A stretch of DNA of 64,000 bases from IMG/VR virus record IMGVR_UViG_3300028888_000053, positions 64,001 to 128,000 of that record. One strand, written 5' to 3'. This DNA comes from a virus. Its lineage: Duplodnaviria > Caudoviricetes. Positions 1 through 14,095 of this stretch are shown here, piece by piece. Below the pieces are notes generated by a model that saw nothing but the letters and a program-made list of their open reading frames with translations, ran no database searches and was not told the DNA's origin. Every line of letters begins with the position of its first letter. The stretch's first letter is position 1. The position numbers and the translations under genes were made by a program.

Positions 1-676
1 TGTCAATCTTAGACTGCATCTCACGCTCTCTAATATCACAGAACTCTTTAGTAATATTAGTTTGAAGAGCAGCGATAGCGTCAGTTGTAGCCCGACCATT
101 AGCATTAATAGCGCCAACGACACTATTGGTATTACGATCAGCCTGAGACCCCAGTTGATTTGTTTGCTCGATGGTCTAGATTCTTGATTCATAACCCTAC
201 TGAGTTGTTAAAAGACGATTCTCGCAGCAGCATTCACACAATTGATGTGCTAATGCGGCGTTTCCACTCTGAATTGCATTGATTGTCTATAAACCAGTCA
301 TACCAACTTGAGAACCAACGCTAGTAATAGCATTATTTAAAGTGAAGATACCGTTCTAAACGGTCTATACTTCTGTATTCAAAAGACTTGCTAACTGACT
401 TATAGCAGAACCATTACCTTGAATTGCATTCATAAGCAATTCACGACCTGTGTCATTGCTCATTTGATTAGAAAGGAAACCAGCTGCGCCGTTATTTCCA
501 TAACCGCCAAAACCATTGCCACCCCAACCAAAGATCATCCACAAGAATAAAATCCATATCCAATTACCATTACCACCAAAACCATTGTTGTTCAACATTG
601 TAGTGTAAAGTAAATTTGGATCTAAACTATTACCAGATATAGAATCTGGGAGCATAAATACTTTGCTGTCTGCCAT
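1..676 (-). CDS. Gly/Asn-rich membrane + coiled-coil phage protein (partial, runs off left edge)
   Basis: The ORF-track fragment 365-676 ends at TAG. The frame stays open to position 1 with TAG=Gln (...CCENRLLTTQQGYESRIQ...). Contains the hydrophobic stretch WIWILFLWMIFGWGG. Confidence 0.75.
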
Positions 677-809
677 AATTTAATTTTTAAATGTTAATAC
701 TTAAATTCACTATTATCATCGATGACAATGCAATTATAGCCTCGCAAAAGTAGTTACGTAAACGATATTCAAAAATAATTTTAAGTAGAAAAAGTCAAAG
801 ATATATAAC

Positions 810-841
810 GAAAAAAGGCCAGCTTTTTGGGCTGACCTTTG
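810..841. terminator. Intrinsic terminator
   Basis: aaaaaaggccagc-ttttt-gggctgaccttt imperfect stem with flanking A-tract, just downstream of the minus-strand stop at 859. Confidence 0.6.
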
Positions 842-858
842 TGAACTCAATATTAATT

Positions 859-1659
859 TTAATGAGTCAATTTATATTGTTCATATTTATGAACTAATTT
901 ATCGTAAAATTCAGGAAATTCTTTTAAAATATTATTGTAATACTCAGTATACACTTCTTTTCCATTACTATTTTTTAAAGCATGTTCCTGTGTCATAATG
1001 ATATTTGGAATAATTTCGTATATATGTTCCAGTGCTCGCATTCTCCTATTTTCTAAAACACAGAATAAATAATACCAACTCTCATCACAATTAGGAACTA
1101 ATCGCATAAATAAATCCCTATCAAAGAATCGTGGATCTGTAAATGTATGAGCTGGAAATAACATTCCAAAACATCCACTAGCAGGTTTCTATATTGTTAT
1201 TTCCTCATCTGGAACTAATTTATTAATTAATTCTGGCACACCTGATAATAATTCACATTTTATATTACCATTTTCTGGATATAATCCAAAGAAAGAACCT
1301 CCTATAATTACATCGTCAGGATATTTATTATGACTATTAATAAAATGATTAATCAATCCTTTCGGATACATTTTATCATCGTCCAATATCAATACTGGAT
1401 GATCAGGATATTTTTCTAATACTGGAACTAATTTCTTATGAGATCTAATATTACCTTTATCCCAAAGTATTTCAATGTCACATCCAGTAACTAAAGAACT
1501 AATAATCCTTGGTGTCTCTTTATCTGGAAACTCTTCTTCACTTAATACTAATACTAATTTCTAATCAGACATCTAATTAAGAATAGAAATTAAATTAAAT
1601 GGAAGAGTCTTGATTCTTGGTGGCCAACTTGTTAATGAAATGATCAATTGTTTTTCCAT
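859..1659 (-). CDS. Glycosyltransferase (GT-A fold)
   Basis: With TAG=Gln, 266 aa: MEKQLIISLTSWPPRI...SHKKLVPVLEKYPDHPVLILDDDKMYP (DxD motif). Joins fragments 1189-1392 and 859-1164 in one frame. Confidence 0.75.
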
Positions 1660-2011
1660 AAAACATTCGCATAAAATAATAAATAATAAACATACAAGCT
1701 ATCAGCAATATTAACAAAGTGTAGCTAGCATCAGAAATTGGTAATTTAAAATAAGAATCTATTAATGATAAAATATAGTATATAGATAAGAAATGGATAC
1801 ACAACCTATGTTTCCAACAGAAATGTAAAAGATAAGAAAGAATATATAATGCGTAAAGATAAACAAAGCTAGCACTTCCTATAAATGCTAGAAAATGTAG
1901 ATGAATATGGAAGAATTCAAACACTGTATATAATATACATATCGAAGCACTTATAATTGGAAGAAATCTTGTACAATAAGTTAATCGATTTAACAATGAT
2001 GAAGATATCAT
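1595..2011 (-). CDS. Four-TM membrane protein
   Basis: 138 aa, several hydrophobic helices, TAA stop. Confidence 0.65.
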   Translation of the reverse strand: MISSSLLNRLTYCTRFLPIISASICILYTVFEFFHIHLHFLAFIGSASFVYLYALYILSYLLHFCWKHRLCIHFLSIYYILSLIDSYFKLPISDASYTLLILLIACMFIIYYFMRMFYGKTIDHFINKLATKNQDSSI

Positions 2012-2301
2012 AACTTACCACCCTCTTTTTCAGAATAATATCTTGATACTGAACCCAATCTTGGTGCAGCAGTTGTTCTTTCTTTATGAGGACCTTTATA
2101 TATTAACTACTAAGGTATCTATTCTCTAACCTATTCTCCCTTCTCCTCAACTTTCTTATCCGTCTTTTTAATAAGAGAAAATAAATTATTGGCAGCATCC
2201 GCAAATCTTTTATGTAAAGCTTCCCATATAGCATTAGACTGTCGAGTTTCATTATCGTTAGTAGTCTATTGCTAATTTACTAATACTTCTTCGTCATTCA
2301 T
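2008..2301 (-). CDS. Small hypothetical protein ending in KEGGKL motif
   Basis: With TAG=Gln, 97 aa MNDEEVLVNQQQ...YSEKEGGKL*. ATGA overlap with the next gene. Confidence 0.6.
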
Positions 2302-2620
2302 TGTCTTTCTTTATTTTAAAAAAGTCCTTATCTTCCTACATCTTCTATTTGTATTCTTCTAATTCATCTTTATACCATACTAATTCATTAAAACCAAAAC
2401 GCTTTCTTCCTTGTGGTATTCTATCACATCTTAATAAATAATCAAATTTACTTCTAGAAATACCAAGAAATTGAAAAGCCTAAGTTTTACTCATAGGAGT
2501 CCTACCTAATAAATGAATTAACTATTCTTTCTCTTCACTAGTTAATTCACACTAATTATGCTCTATCTTATAAGCACTATCCCTTAAATACTACGCTAAT
2601 ATTTTATCAATAAATTTCAT
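2294..2620 (-). CDS. Excisionase/MerR-like HTH DNA-binding protein
   Basis: With TAG=Gln, 108 aa; MSKTQAFQFLGISRSKFDYLLRCDRIPQGRK...LVWYK pattern. Confidence 0.6.
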
Positions 2621-2655
2621 AAAACACAAAAGGCCCTCCGTAGAGAGCCTTATTA

Positions 2656-3105
2656 TTACTCGACAAATAATGAATAGAGGATCTCAAGAAAATCAGCAGA
2701 ATCAACGTGCTGACCATTAATCTCTACATCATTACCAGCATTAACTTCGACGATTTCATTATATTCATCCTCTGTTAATGTTGCATGATTAATAGTCACT
2801 TCCTCCTGACCACGCTTAGAAACATAAGCGTTATACTCTTCATTAATTTGGTCTGTTAGTTCTTTTAAACGTTTATCTTCCTCTTCGGTTCTATCAGATT
2901 TTTGCTGTAATTCAGTAAATTCTGCAGGAATTAATTCTTTAGTAAACTCTTGAATATCAGCATCAAATGACTTGCGTACTTTTCCATACTCAATACGCAT
3001 TGCCATAATTTTAACCTTGAGGTCTTTACTTAATTGTGAATCTCCATCTTTAAATGCAACTTTTGTGATAAAGTTGTGTTTTGCTAATACTTCGTTTGTA
3101 GTCAT
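2656..3105 (-). CDS. Hypothetical protein (acidic, helical)
   Basis: Intact 149-aa ORF with its own promoter (3152-3179) and a downstream hairpin (2627-2651). Confidence 0.7.
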   Translation of the reverse strand: MTTNEVLAKHNFITKVAFKDGDSQLSKDLKVKIMAMRIEYGKVRKSFDADIQEFTKELIPAEFTELQQKSDRTEEEDKRLKELTDQINEEYNAYVSKRGQEEVTINHATLTEDEYNEIVEVNAGNDVEINGQHVDSADFLEILYSLFVE

Positions 3106-3151
3106 TTTCTTATAAACATTAAAAATTAAACATAAATCATAATCTTCTACA

Positions 3152-3179
3152 ATTATACTACAATTTTAGAAGAAATCAA
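3152..3179 (-). promoter_or_regulatory. Promoter TTGATT-N16-TATAAT
   Basis: Member of a recurrent motif found upstream of operon starts. Confidence 0.6.
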
Positions 3180-3201
3180 ATAAAATTAAAGAAAATTTAT
3201 A

Positions 3202-3657
3202 TTATGTATTTTTATATACTAATTTAAGCTTTTCTGGGAAAAACTCTCCATCTAATACAATATAAGTGTTGACTAATTTATGTACTTTAGAACAATCAAT
3301 AATAGATCTAAAACAATTTAACTTATAATCATTTAAATCCGATGGAAATATAACACAAGAATTACCATTAAGTACTTCTGGTAATGTCTTATTATCAGTT
3401 ATTTCTATATACTCACCAGGATTTAATAATATCAGATAATCATATTCATTTCGATGTATCGCTAACAACATTTCATATAAATCCTATATTTTATTTGGAT
3501 TATCATATGTATAACCAACAATATCTGCTATGGAAGGATATTCTTTTAAAGTATCGCTAATAAATATATAATCAGTAACACCTAACTTATCATGATATTC
3601 TTTCCATTCTTGAATATTGTCTTCTGAATCAATAATTGAAATTATTCCTATTTTCAT
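3202..3657 (-). CDS. Glycosyltransferase-like protein (GT2/GT92-like, DxD apparently degenerate)
   Basis: With TAG=Gln: MKIGIISIIDSEDNIQEWKEYHDKLGV...YDYLILLNPGEYI (the family pattern would be D.DEY). Confidence 0.5.
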
Positions 3658-3689
3658 GCTAATGTAGTATGTATCAAATATGTAAATTA

Positions 3690-6600
3690 TTATTTATCAA
3701 AATTAGATTGTAATAAATCTATTTTATGTACTGCTAAATCAAAATTATTAGCACCAGAATGACTTGATACATACAGAATGGAATCATCTCTGCATATACC
3801 TTCTGGTTCACGTTCAATATCCTCTAAAGAAATAATGTAATTAGTATATATCTATTTTGTTTTCAGATTAATTAATAATATTCCACCACGACCGCCTGTC
3901 ACATTATATGAAAATTCATAAAACATCATGTCGTTTTCAATATGAACATCTTGTTGAGCTCCCTCAAATGTAAATGAAAATTGATCAATAATGTTACTAT
4001 CTGTATATGTAACATTTCCAGACGTTGGATTTGGCAAAGGAAATTTAAGAGCAATTTTAGCTCCATATCTATCACTGGCAGATGCGGCATAACCATAACA
4101 CCAAAGATAACCAGTCTTAGCATCGACCGACCAATCCCAATTTAATGAAGTGTTAAATTTAGAACCATTATAACTAATCTTTTGAACACGACTCATAGTT
4201 ACATTTGTACCAGAAATTGACATTGTTTCAACGTGACAATTACAACTACCAGATGTCCATTCGCTAATATAAATATATGGAAAACTGCCTCCTTGTGGAA
4301 TGGTACTTGAGAATGATATTGCATTACAATGCATAGCATATGTACTCGTAGCTCCTTCCATAGCGCCACTTGCTATTACATTCATATTTTTCTTCTAAAG
4401 AATAAGTACTCGTCCACTTGTAAAGAATTGTACAAGATATTCGCCATAAATTGCCATTCCTCCTGCCCATTGATTCGTTACATTAAAATAATTTTGAAAT
4501 ATTCTAACCGAAAGTACAGTCTTTATATCCCAAGTATTTGGTACAATAATTACATCAAAATCTTCTCTATATACTGGAGCAACACTAAATGTTTGGTCAG
4601 AATTTTTTTTGAAATTAGCAATAAGATAATATTTATTACTTGCATTATACGTGGAAAGCTATGATACATCATGTACACTTGTAGCTGGGCCAATAGTCCA
4701 TGTCCAAGCAAACTCTGTTATGCGCCAAGATACATCTGCTACAGGATTATCTGGAGGCCAAAGTATCCCAGATGAAAAATGAGTAACTCTTGAAGTTGAC
4801 ACCATTCGAAGAATAAACGCTTTAACATCAGTGCCACCAATTTCAGTATATTCTGTTAGTACATTATTGCGTATAAATAAAGCTTCAGATGAATTTAATC
4901 CTCCTTTGTTAGTATCACTACCATCTTTATGATATAAATATTCAAATGGTAAAGCTGGAAACTTATCACTTATTTTTATCATAATACACGCTCTCTTAGA
5001 AGAGGTCGGTAAATATGTAATATCCTTGCCATTAAAAAAGATATTAAATTTGATAGCAGGATCTGAAACCAAACCTAATATTGTATTTGGCGTTTCAACA
5101 ATAGTTTCTTCACTAGAAGGAACGTGACCAGCTAAATTAATCGTTACTTTAGAATATTCAGGTACGCCAGTATTAGAATAAATTGTAAATCCATTATTAG
5201 AAGAATTGTTATTCTAAACAGTTAATAGTTTACCTGTTCTTTTTACAATATAAATATACTATCCTGTAACGAAATTAGATGGATGTGCACTAGTACTCCC
5301 CTTTGCTATACCATTATAGTTATACATAGGAGTATACACTCCATCTAATGAAGTATCAGATAAATCATAATGACATATATGGATAGGAGAATATAAAGAT
5401 TCAACAGTTGATGTTGGATAGGTAAAAGTTACCATAGATGATGCTGGAAATCCATATGCTGGGTTAGAATAAGTAGCTAGTCTAGAAAAGTTATAGCCCT
5501 ATAACCTTGGTGCTCTAAAAATATAGCCAGGATCTAATGAATTCTCAGATAAAGGAGTCGGAGATCCAATAAAAAAATACTCACATAACATTATCGCATT
5601 TGCAAATGTTATTTCTCCTATAGACCAGTAAGCAGGTGGTAATAAATATATATTAAAGGATACGCCATAATTATTACTAAGTGTTACTGCATATGGATCT
5701 GCATTATAGTAAGATGTACCATCAGTCTTAACACAAATAATATAATTTCCATCATTAGATTTGTCAACAATCCTAGCTGATGATATTCGAGAACCTACAT
5801 TCGTAATACTCGGTTGACTTGCTTTTCCTTCAATAGTAGAATATACTCTAAAATATCTTTCTTTACCATTATCAGATAAAGCTATATTTACAGGGAAAAA
5901 ATCCCAAATAATGTTTTTTAAATATAAAGATCCATCTTTATACATTTCTTTAACAACTTGTGCGTCATGTACACATGCTATTTCGTTTTGACGTAATCCG
6001 TATGAATACTATCTTAATGGATTGTAATATTTGATAGTTCCTTCTATAGGAGTTGATACACCAATTGAACTATTAACCACTTCTTCCGTCCCCCAGTCGT
6101 TAACATTGTAGCTCCACGCGCTGTCAGCCTGCCATTCATCGTCCAATAAATAATATTCTGTAGAAGATAATTCGTAGTTAAGATATACTCCAGACATTGC
6201 TGTTTTAAAAGCAGACGAAGTAGTATAAGCAGCAACATATGTATATAAACTACCATTATAATATGCCATTGCTTTTTCTGCATATTTCGGAGCAATAGGG
6301 CTTATTGAACCATAGAATCCATATGAACTTAAAATATTCGGTACATAAGATGTAGCTTTCACATTTGATAATAATGCCTGAAATCTAATATAACCAGAAT
6401 TAGCTGGAGCTTGCGAACCTCCCCAAGTAAGTGTTCCTAAATCAACAGTTCCAACTCTTTTCGCATACCATCTTTTTCCATCCTATATATAGATTTCATC
6501 CCTCACATCACCAGCTTGCAACATTCCATTTGGACATATACTAACACTACTACCAGTACCGTTTAATTTACCTGTTAGTAATGTTATATTAGGTCCACCA

Positions 6601-7784
6601 GTCTATTCCACATGAGCTTCGTAATCACCATCTCTAACACCATTTCTTTTGAAATTCAAAGTAAAATTAGAAATAGTTGTAGAAGAGGATGTATCTCCGT
6701 GTGTAATAAAGAATAAGACATATAAATCCTATGCAAAAGTAATGTCAAATGATGTAGTCGTATTATTACCATGATTTAGAAAGGCTTTGGCGCCAGAATT
6801 ATAATACCAGGACATAGTTGATGATTCTCGAACATCAGAATACTCTGTTATTAAAGTTCCATATAAGTCATATGCTCTCATATTTGTTCTCCATGAAGTA
6901 GCTCCACTTATATTAAATGAGACATGATAAGGAACTCCACCAATTACTTTGGTATAATATGTCTCACTAAATGATGGAGGTGAAGCATAATATTTTGCAG
7001 GATACACACACTAATTAAATCCTGTAGTTTTAATACCAGACATAGAAAAGTTTCTAATTTCTCCTGCACTATATGGTTCATAAGTTAGTTTTTTACCAAA
7101 CCAATTTTGATAGTCAGTTTCAAATTGTTCTGCAGTAGTAGGTTCGTTACCAGAGCCATAAAGAAGAGTTAGATCTATAATGAATACTTTTCTGAAATAT
7201 ATGTCAACAACAGTTGACGTGGTCGCGGAGGATGCGGTGTAAAACCATAACAGAAAAGATAATGGGGAATTTGCAGTTACGCTGATGATACTATTCTTTG
7301 TAGTCCAAGGTATATTTGCAGATAATCCTACAACATTTAGGTTGGAGTTATTCCCATATCGGCCATTGAGAGTCGCATTTGTTTGTGATGAACCTGTTTT
7401 GTAATCATAAGATACGTAATAAGTGTGACCTTTTATGGGTGCTGTTTGGTAAGCGGTTTTCATGAAAAAGTTAGGCTGAGCTGAAGTACCAGGAGTTGAC
7501 GTATGGGTTAAATGACATACTCCATACTCAAAGTCCTGTGTTCCTAAGTTTTTAGTCCAATAGGTTGCTTCCACTGGATATGCTTGCTAATTCCACACAA
7601 TACTTCTTCCCTTTAAACTCTTAATAAGTGCCATAGTTGCATTAGTCGTAGTCTGTGAATCATGAGCATCAGCGGTTTGTCTATAACTAAAATTAACATC
7701 CTACTCATAAGAACCTCTTTCAATCAAACTCTCCTAACAAGTAGATGTCTATAATAATTTTGGTATCGTTCTATATGAAGGCAT
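3690..7784 (-). CDS. Large tail fibre / receptor-binding protein with C-terminal beta-propeller-like domain
   Basis: Six ORF-track fragments share one frame separated by TAG; 1364 aa. C-terminus has QGGMAIYGEYLVQF / MHCN / REPEG blade-like motifs. Confidence 0.75.
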
Positions 7785-7786
7785 AA

Positions 7787-9049
7787 TTATTGAGTTATAA
7801 AGTAAATAGTATTAGAATCAAATGAAGAAGGAGTAGTGGAAGTGATTTCAATTGAAGAAGTATCACCAGACAATTTTCTAAAACCACCATTTCTATAAGC
7901 ATACATAGTACCATCTGATACTAAATCAGCTCGATAACATCTATCATTTTCATAATCTGCATATACAGACTCTGCAACTTTAATATAGACTTTACCATCT
8001 GCAGAGGTTGGTTCTGTTTGAGTCCACCATGTATCTGCTAAAACAAAATAGCCACTACTATCAATAGTTCCTACTATATATACTGGTTTTCTAGGTAATA
8101 AATTACCAGTATGACCAGCAGTGGTGTTAATATTTAAAGAATATCTTAAATCAACCAACGATATATTTTGTTTAATTGTACCGTGTGCTGTATAACCACC
8201 ACTAACATCACCAGTACCAGAATAATAATAAATTTTTGAACCAGCAATAAATTGCGATGGATTTTTTGTTTTAGTAACTGCTGTTCCAGATGTTGTCGTA
8301 AATGATTCCCATGTCCCATCTTTTTTCTACATAATAAGACTCTATAGTTTTATTCCATTAGAACCAGCTAAAAGACGTGAATAATATATTTGCAAAGTCG
8401 TTGTATCATTACTATCACTCGTCTCTTGTAAACCTACAGTTGTGGCATTATAAGCATAAGAGGCATATTTACTTGCGTTATATACAGTACCATATGTTTC
8501 AATTGTTTCAGGAAAACTAACAGTACAATTCGTAGTACTTAAAACTTGGATTTCATAAGTTCTAGCTAGAGTAGTTGATGTATATGCTGAATATACTCTA
8601 ACTCCACATTTTATAGGGTCAGTTTGATAATATGTATTAAATTTAGCCTCAGTATCATAGTCTAATACTACATGCTAATAAATTGGATAATATGAAGTAG
8701 AATTAAACTAATTTAATATAGCAGAACATTCTGTAGTGCCAGATCTACTAATTCTCACATCGTAAATGCCCTAGCATCTATTATGTGTAGTTGTGATTTT
8801 AAGTCTATAATGGACTTCCCAAGGCACATACCAACTAGAAGTACAATGAACATTTAAGAAATAAAGATATCCATTTGCAGTATCATTTGCAGTGCAAGTA
8901 TGAGTATAAGTATGAAAGTTACTATCACCCTCGACAACACATGGAGGCACACATTCTTCTAATCGCTTACTAGAAAACATGCCCTTTAATTTTATAATAA
9001 AATTCTCTAAAAGATAAGTGAGTTTAGCTCTGTCTAAATATTTTGCCAT
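7787..9049 (-). CDS. Tail fibre protein
   Basis: With TAG=Gln, 420 aa MAKYLDRAKLTYLL...FDSNTIYFITQ*. Confidence 0.7.
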
Positions 9050-9065
9050 ATTATTTACATTTTAT

Positions 9066-9767
9066 TCATTCTAACACGCGACGGTGTTTATATAACCATT
9101 CTTTCTACTTCTCTATATCTGTTTTCTTAGGATTCCAACTTGCACTACCATAATGTAAGATATATTCCCTTCTATTAATTTCTTTAAATGGTAAATTAGC
9201 ATCAACACATGCTTTATAAAACCAAGCACCTGTATCATACCATTTATTTGGATCTTTATCGGTTATCATCCATGTATAATCTTCATTGCAAAAACGTATA
9301 TTATTTTCTTTACACATTGGGACGTTTATATAGCACAAAAGTGGATTTACTCGTTTGATAACTTCTCCTGCATATATCTAATCAATTTGTCCAGAAAACA
9401 CTTTCGTTTCATCCCATAATGCTTTTGGATTCTTCTCTAGTAACGTATCACTATCTAATAATATGAATCCTTCTGGAATTAGATCGAAACAAATGTCTAC
9501 ACTTTTTATATGTCTAGCACTACCCCATCTATTAGTCGCTCCTAAAAACTATTGTTTATTAGGAAATTTATCAAGCCAAGCATCAAGGTTACATATCTAA
9601 CCTTTTGTATTATCTAAGATAATAACATTCTTATTATCTGTAACTAACGGCTTCTGATCAGAATTATCAAAAACATATAATGTGAATTTCTTAACATATT
9701 TATCAAGACTTTTGATTAATGCCTCCGTTAATTCTGGTGTATTATAATGTATTGTTAAAAAATTCAT
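9066..9767 (-). CDS. Glycosyltransferase family 2-like
   Basis: With TAG=Gln, 233 aa: MNFLTIHYNTPELT..YVFDNSD..FILLDSDTLL (DxD)..YDTG..HYGSASW. Confidence 0.75.
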
Positions 9768-9768
9768 A

Positions 9769-11784
9769 TCAATAAGAACTATAAGATCCATACGCGGCAG
9801 CATTATCTTCTGCTTCACCTAATATTTCATCAATTTCTGCTTCTGTAAAGGGTTCTAATGACATTGGAATACAATATTCCTCAAGAGATTTGCATTTTAC
9901 TTCTTCGGTAGAAGAGTTATATGTACAAATCGTAAGTATACAATAATATAAATTATCATCACTTAGATCCTCATTATTATAGTATGGGGTACTGATAAAT
10001 TTCATATTAGTATCACCATCATCTTCATCTTCATGACAACCCATATAAAAGTATATCTGGTCATTATTAAAAAATAGACAATGCTCTCCATCAGCAAATG
10101 GTTGAAAATCTTCCCAGTGCATTCTCATTCTACGACCAGCAACCAAAGAGCTATCACAAGCTACTATCTTCAAATCCGCCGCAATATTATCTACATACGT
10201 CTTAATTCCTCCACTAGTAACAGGATTAGTACTATTTGCTGTAGGTGTAGTATCAAACGTCAATTTATTCTATTTATTATTCCATGAATTCACCTATTCT
10301 TGAGTTGGTAGCGGTATATATTTACCGTAAGATACACTACTACTAATATAAAACTAAGCTAGATAGCCTTCTGTTACATGTTTAGTAATACCAATATAAG
10401 TATCACCATCTTTTTGTAAAGTTACAACTAACGAACCCGTGTAATTTGTTAGATTAACTCTTAATACTGGTATCTTAGAATTATTATAATCAGAATTAAT
10501 AGATGTATATGGATTGGTGTCTAATTTAATTGGATAGACATCCTGAGTATAGTTATTCCTATCAACCATGTCTTGCAAAATACCATAATCAGTTATAGTG
10601 ACAGTCCCATCACGATTTACATCAGCAGTACTATTAGATGTATTTAACCATGTACTCATAATAGCAGAAAGATCCAAGGAATCACATATACCATTACCAT
10701 CTACATCCCCTGGTAGCCAGCCAGTAACTGTAGTAACAGATATAGCGCTAGTACTTGGTAAATAAGGTCTCCATTTAATAGATCCAGAACCGTTAGAAGA
10801 TAATACATAATCTCCATTTTGTAATTTTCCCTCATCAGTGCTTCCTGTATAATTACCATTAACAGAAGGTGCTAATCCATTTGCAGAATAGGTTACTACA
10901 CTATGACCTTTATACCAACCTGGAGTACCGCTTGCCCCTGATTTACCAAGGACATAATATGAATCAGAAATATGTGCTGAATTTGTGGAAGATGCATCAA
11001 TATAACTTCCATTACCAAGAAGTATATTGTTGCCAGACATAGCCTATCCTGAAGAATTCAGTAAATTAACACCTTTGGTTTGAAAAGTACCAGTTGATTT
11101 AAATGTACCAGTCATTTTCAATGTACCATTTGCTACACACGTTCCAGTGAATATCATATCCTTTAACGTATCTAATGTCGCAAACTAGCCATAACTTAAG
11201 CAAAGTGGTTGATAAGTAGCCCTTCCAAGAGTATCTACTCCACATACTCTTAATTTTGGCACAGATACAAAACCGTTGCAATCAAATACGAACTGTGTTC
11301 CATATGACGAAGAAGAACTGCTTAATAATGTAATAGAATACTGATTAGCATCAACAGAATGACTAACCATTGTGCCAGATATTGCATTATTAATATCACT
11401 AGCTGTATAATTAACATTAAAATTAGTCATTACTAATTTGGCTCCACTCTCAAATAATACATCTTTACTAAATGTTTTCTCACCAGAAATAGTCTAATTA
11501 GTATTTAATGTTACATATGAATTATTCAAGGCTGTATACACAGCTCCAGATGTTACTAATCCAGTACTACCAGAAGTAACAGATGTTGCAATATCACGGG
11601 TAGTTAAAGTAGCTGAACCCTAACCAACTAATACTTTATTAGATGCTACAGAGGTTAAACCAGTACCTCCATATGTAACTGAAATTGCATTACCATTCCA
11701 TGTTCCAGCTTTTATTGTATTAAAATATGCATCTCCAATAAAACGAGCTGCTCCATTAACAATTAAGTCTTTTAAAATTGCCAT
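9769..11784 (-). CDS. Tail fibre protein with dockerin type I domain
   Basis: With TAG=Gln, 671 aa. Contains the fibre repeats GTWNG..YGGTG and FDTTPTANSTNPVTSGG, and the duplicated Ca-binding loop GDVDGNGICDSLDL...ADVNRDGTVTITDY. Confidence 0.75.
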
Positions 11785-11786
11785 AA

Positions 11787-14093
11787 TTATATTTCTATTA
11801 ATTGATTACATTGTACCGTGGTATCATACTATCTATCTTCTGCAAGCAATGGTGTCGCTGCTGATCCTTTTTCTAACTTCCAAGCACCAATATGCATATT
11901 TTTATCTGTAGATGATGATGGATAATTATATAAATTTAACCATAAATTTTGCGCTCCAATACCACTTGCTTGTGATGATGTTACTGTAAATGTTTTAACC
12001 AAATGATCTGCATGGCTATTAGTAAAATCAGATGAAACATACCAACTAAATAATGATGTACTACCACCACCCCAATAAACCATTAATCGAGATGATGCAC
12101 TACCAGCAATATCTACATCCCATAACTACATTGTATACGTTTCATCAGCAATAAGATTTTCTGACATATCTAACTAATAAGCCATATAACCAGTAGGCGT
12201 TACAGAACGCGGTTCTTCTAAGAATAAATTAGAATTAACATATTTATAAATTTTACATTCATTATTAGATTCTAGTACATCAAATTGACTTACTCCATTT
12301 TTTCCAATACACCCTATACCATTCTCTTCAATTTCATAAGTATAAAAATTCTACTTGTTATCAACACTTGCTCCAACTTTATACAAATCTAATATATCAT
12401 CATCAGATAATACAGTAGTGTATATTCTAAAATCAGACATTAAACCATGATAAGAAGTTGCTCCGTCTCTAGAATCGCGTCCTATACGATATGTTGTAGG
12501 AAATGTTAAATTATTAAATGTTTGTGTAAAAGTCTGAATTAAAGCTCCATTTAAATATGCTTTAATTTCTGTGTTTCCACTTTTTGTGATTGCTATATGC
12601 TACCATTGATCATCCACAATTGTTAATGTAGAAGTTAAATCCGGAGAGCCATTCCACCATAATCTTAATTTATTTGTAGCTGTTTTTTCAATAGAAAATG
12701 AAGTATTTGAATAACTTCCAAAATAAACAGATCTCGCACCATTTTCACCATTTGGTTTTATCCAAAATGAATAAGTTAAAGCAGTATTAATAATATTACT
12801 CAAATTGAAATTTTGAATTAGTATACCACTTGTATTTCCATCGAATGACGTACTATTAGCGTATCTTGCTGCATCACTCTATATAGTCAGACTTCCTATA
12901 ATGCTACCATTATTTTGGTAACCAGAGGTGTCATAAACATTAGTCTCATTTCTTGAATTTACAACAAATGGAGTTACGTGATCTTTGCGTTCTACTTGCA
13001 CATTTGAAAAGAGAAAACTCTCTCCTTCACTAATATAACCAACTACGTATATATTAAACACGGAGCCAGATGGCGTATCGTAGTTCCAAGTATAAACTCC
13101 GTTTACTCGTTGCCATTCAGAAGTAAATGTAAAAGTTTTAATGATATTACCTTGAGTATTGGTGCCATTTGTACTATATATATAGAGTATCCCTGTTTTA
13201 CCAATAGTTGCCCCCTCTCCTTTAACATAGACTGAACCTACGATTTTATCACCTTTGGATAATGCTGTACCTAAAGAAGATGAAGTAGCCATTTCTATTT
13301 GGCGATTCACTGTAGTACTCTTACTTGTAACTCTGCATACCTAACCAGATACAGCTGGAATTTCATCGGCTATACTTTTTACACCATAACTTCCAAAGCC
13401 ATAAGAAGACCAACCAGTAGTAAAGTAGTTACTTTTAGTACCAAGTAAATTTGTTGTCGATTCTACATAAGGATCATCTAACTTATAATGTAATACTAAT
13501 CCCTATGCTAAATCATGTACTTCTTTAGGTGATAAACAATGATCGTAGATGCGAAAATCATTTAATATACCTACTAAATCATAACTATGACCATTTGAAA
13601 ATCCTCCTGCAATTTTAATTTCATTTGCTGATGTTGTTGTAGGATTTCTATAAGTTTTAGCTTTTCCATAATAATTACCATCAATATATAATAAACATTG
13701 AGTACCATCAAATGTTATAGTGTAATGGTGCCAAATATTATCAGAATGTGCAGTAACATCTGTACCATCATTTTGAAATGGATTCTTCAAAGAATCTCCA
13801 ACATTTAAATAATATTTGCCATTATATAACCAAAAATTTAAAAAGGCATATGTAACAGAATTAACAACAAAAAACATCGCATTTGCATCTGAAGTTTTGC
13901 TCCAAAAACAAAATGAGCAATTATTTGTTAATATAACTGGTTTGATAATCCAGTAACTTGATCCGTTACAATTTAATCCATTGCCTATTTTACCGGTAGT
14001 ATATGATGTAGTACCTGTTACTGTGATATTTATATCGCTTAATCCTTTATTTTCTAACGTCCCATTAAGTGGAAGCCAAACCTGTAATGCCAT
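11787..14093 (-). CDS. LamG/concanavalin-A-like lectin tail protein with carbohydrate-binding-like inserts
   Basis: With TAG=Gln, 768 aa; two LamG signatures (WHHYTITFDG..LYIDG..LNDFRIY; SDFRIY). Confidence 0.8.
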
Positions 14094-14095
14094 AA

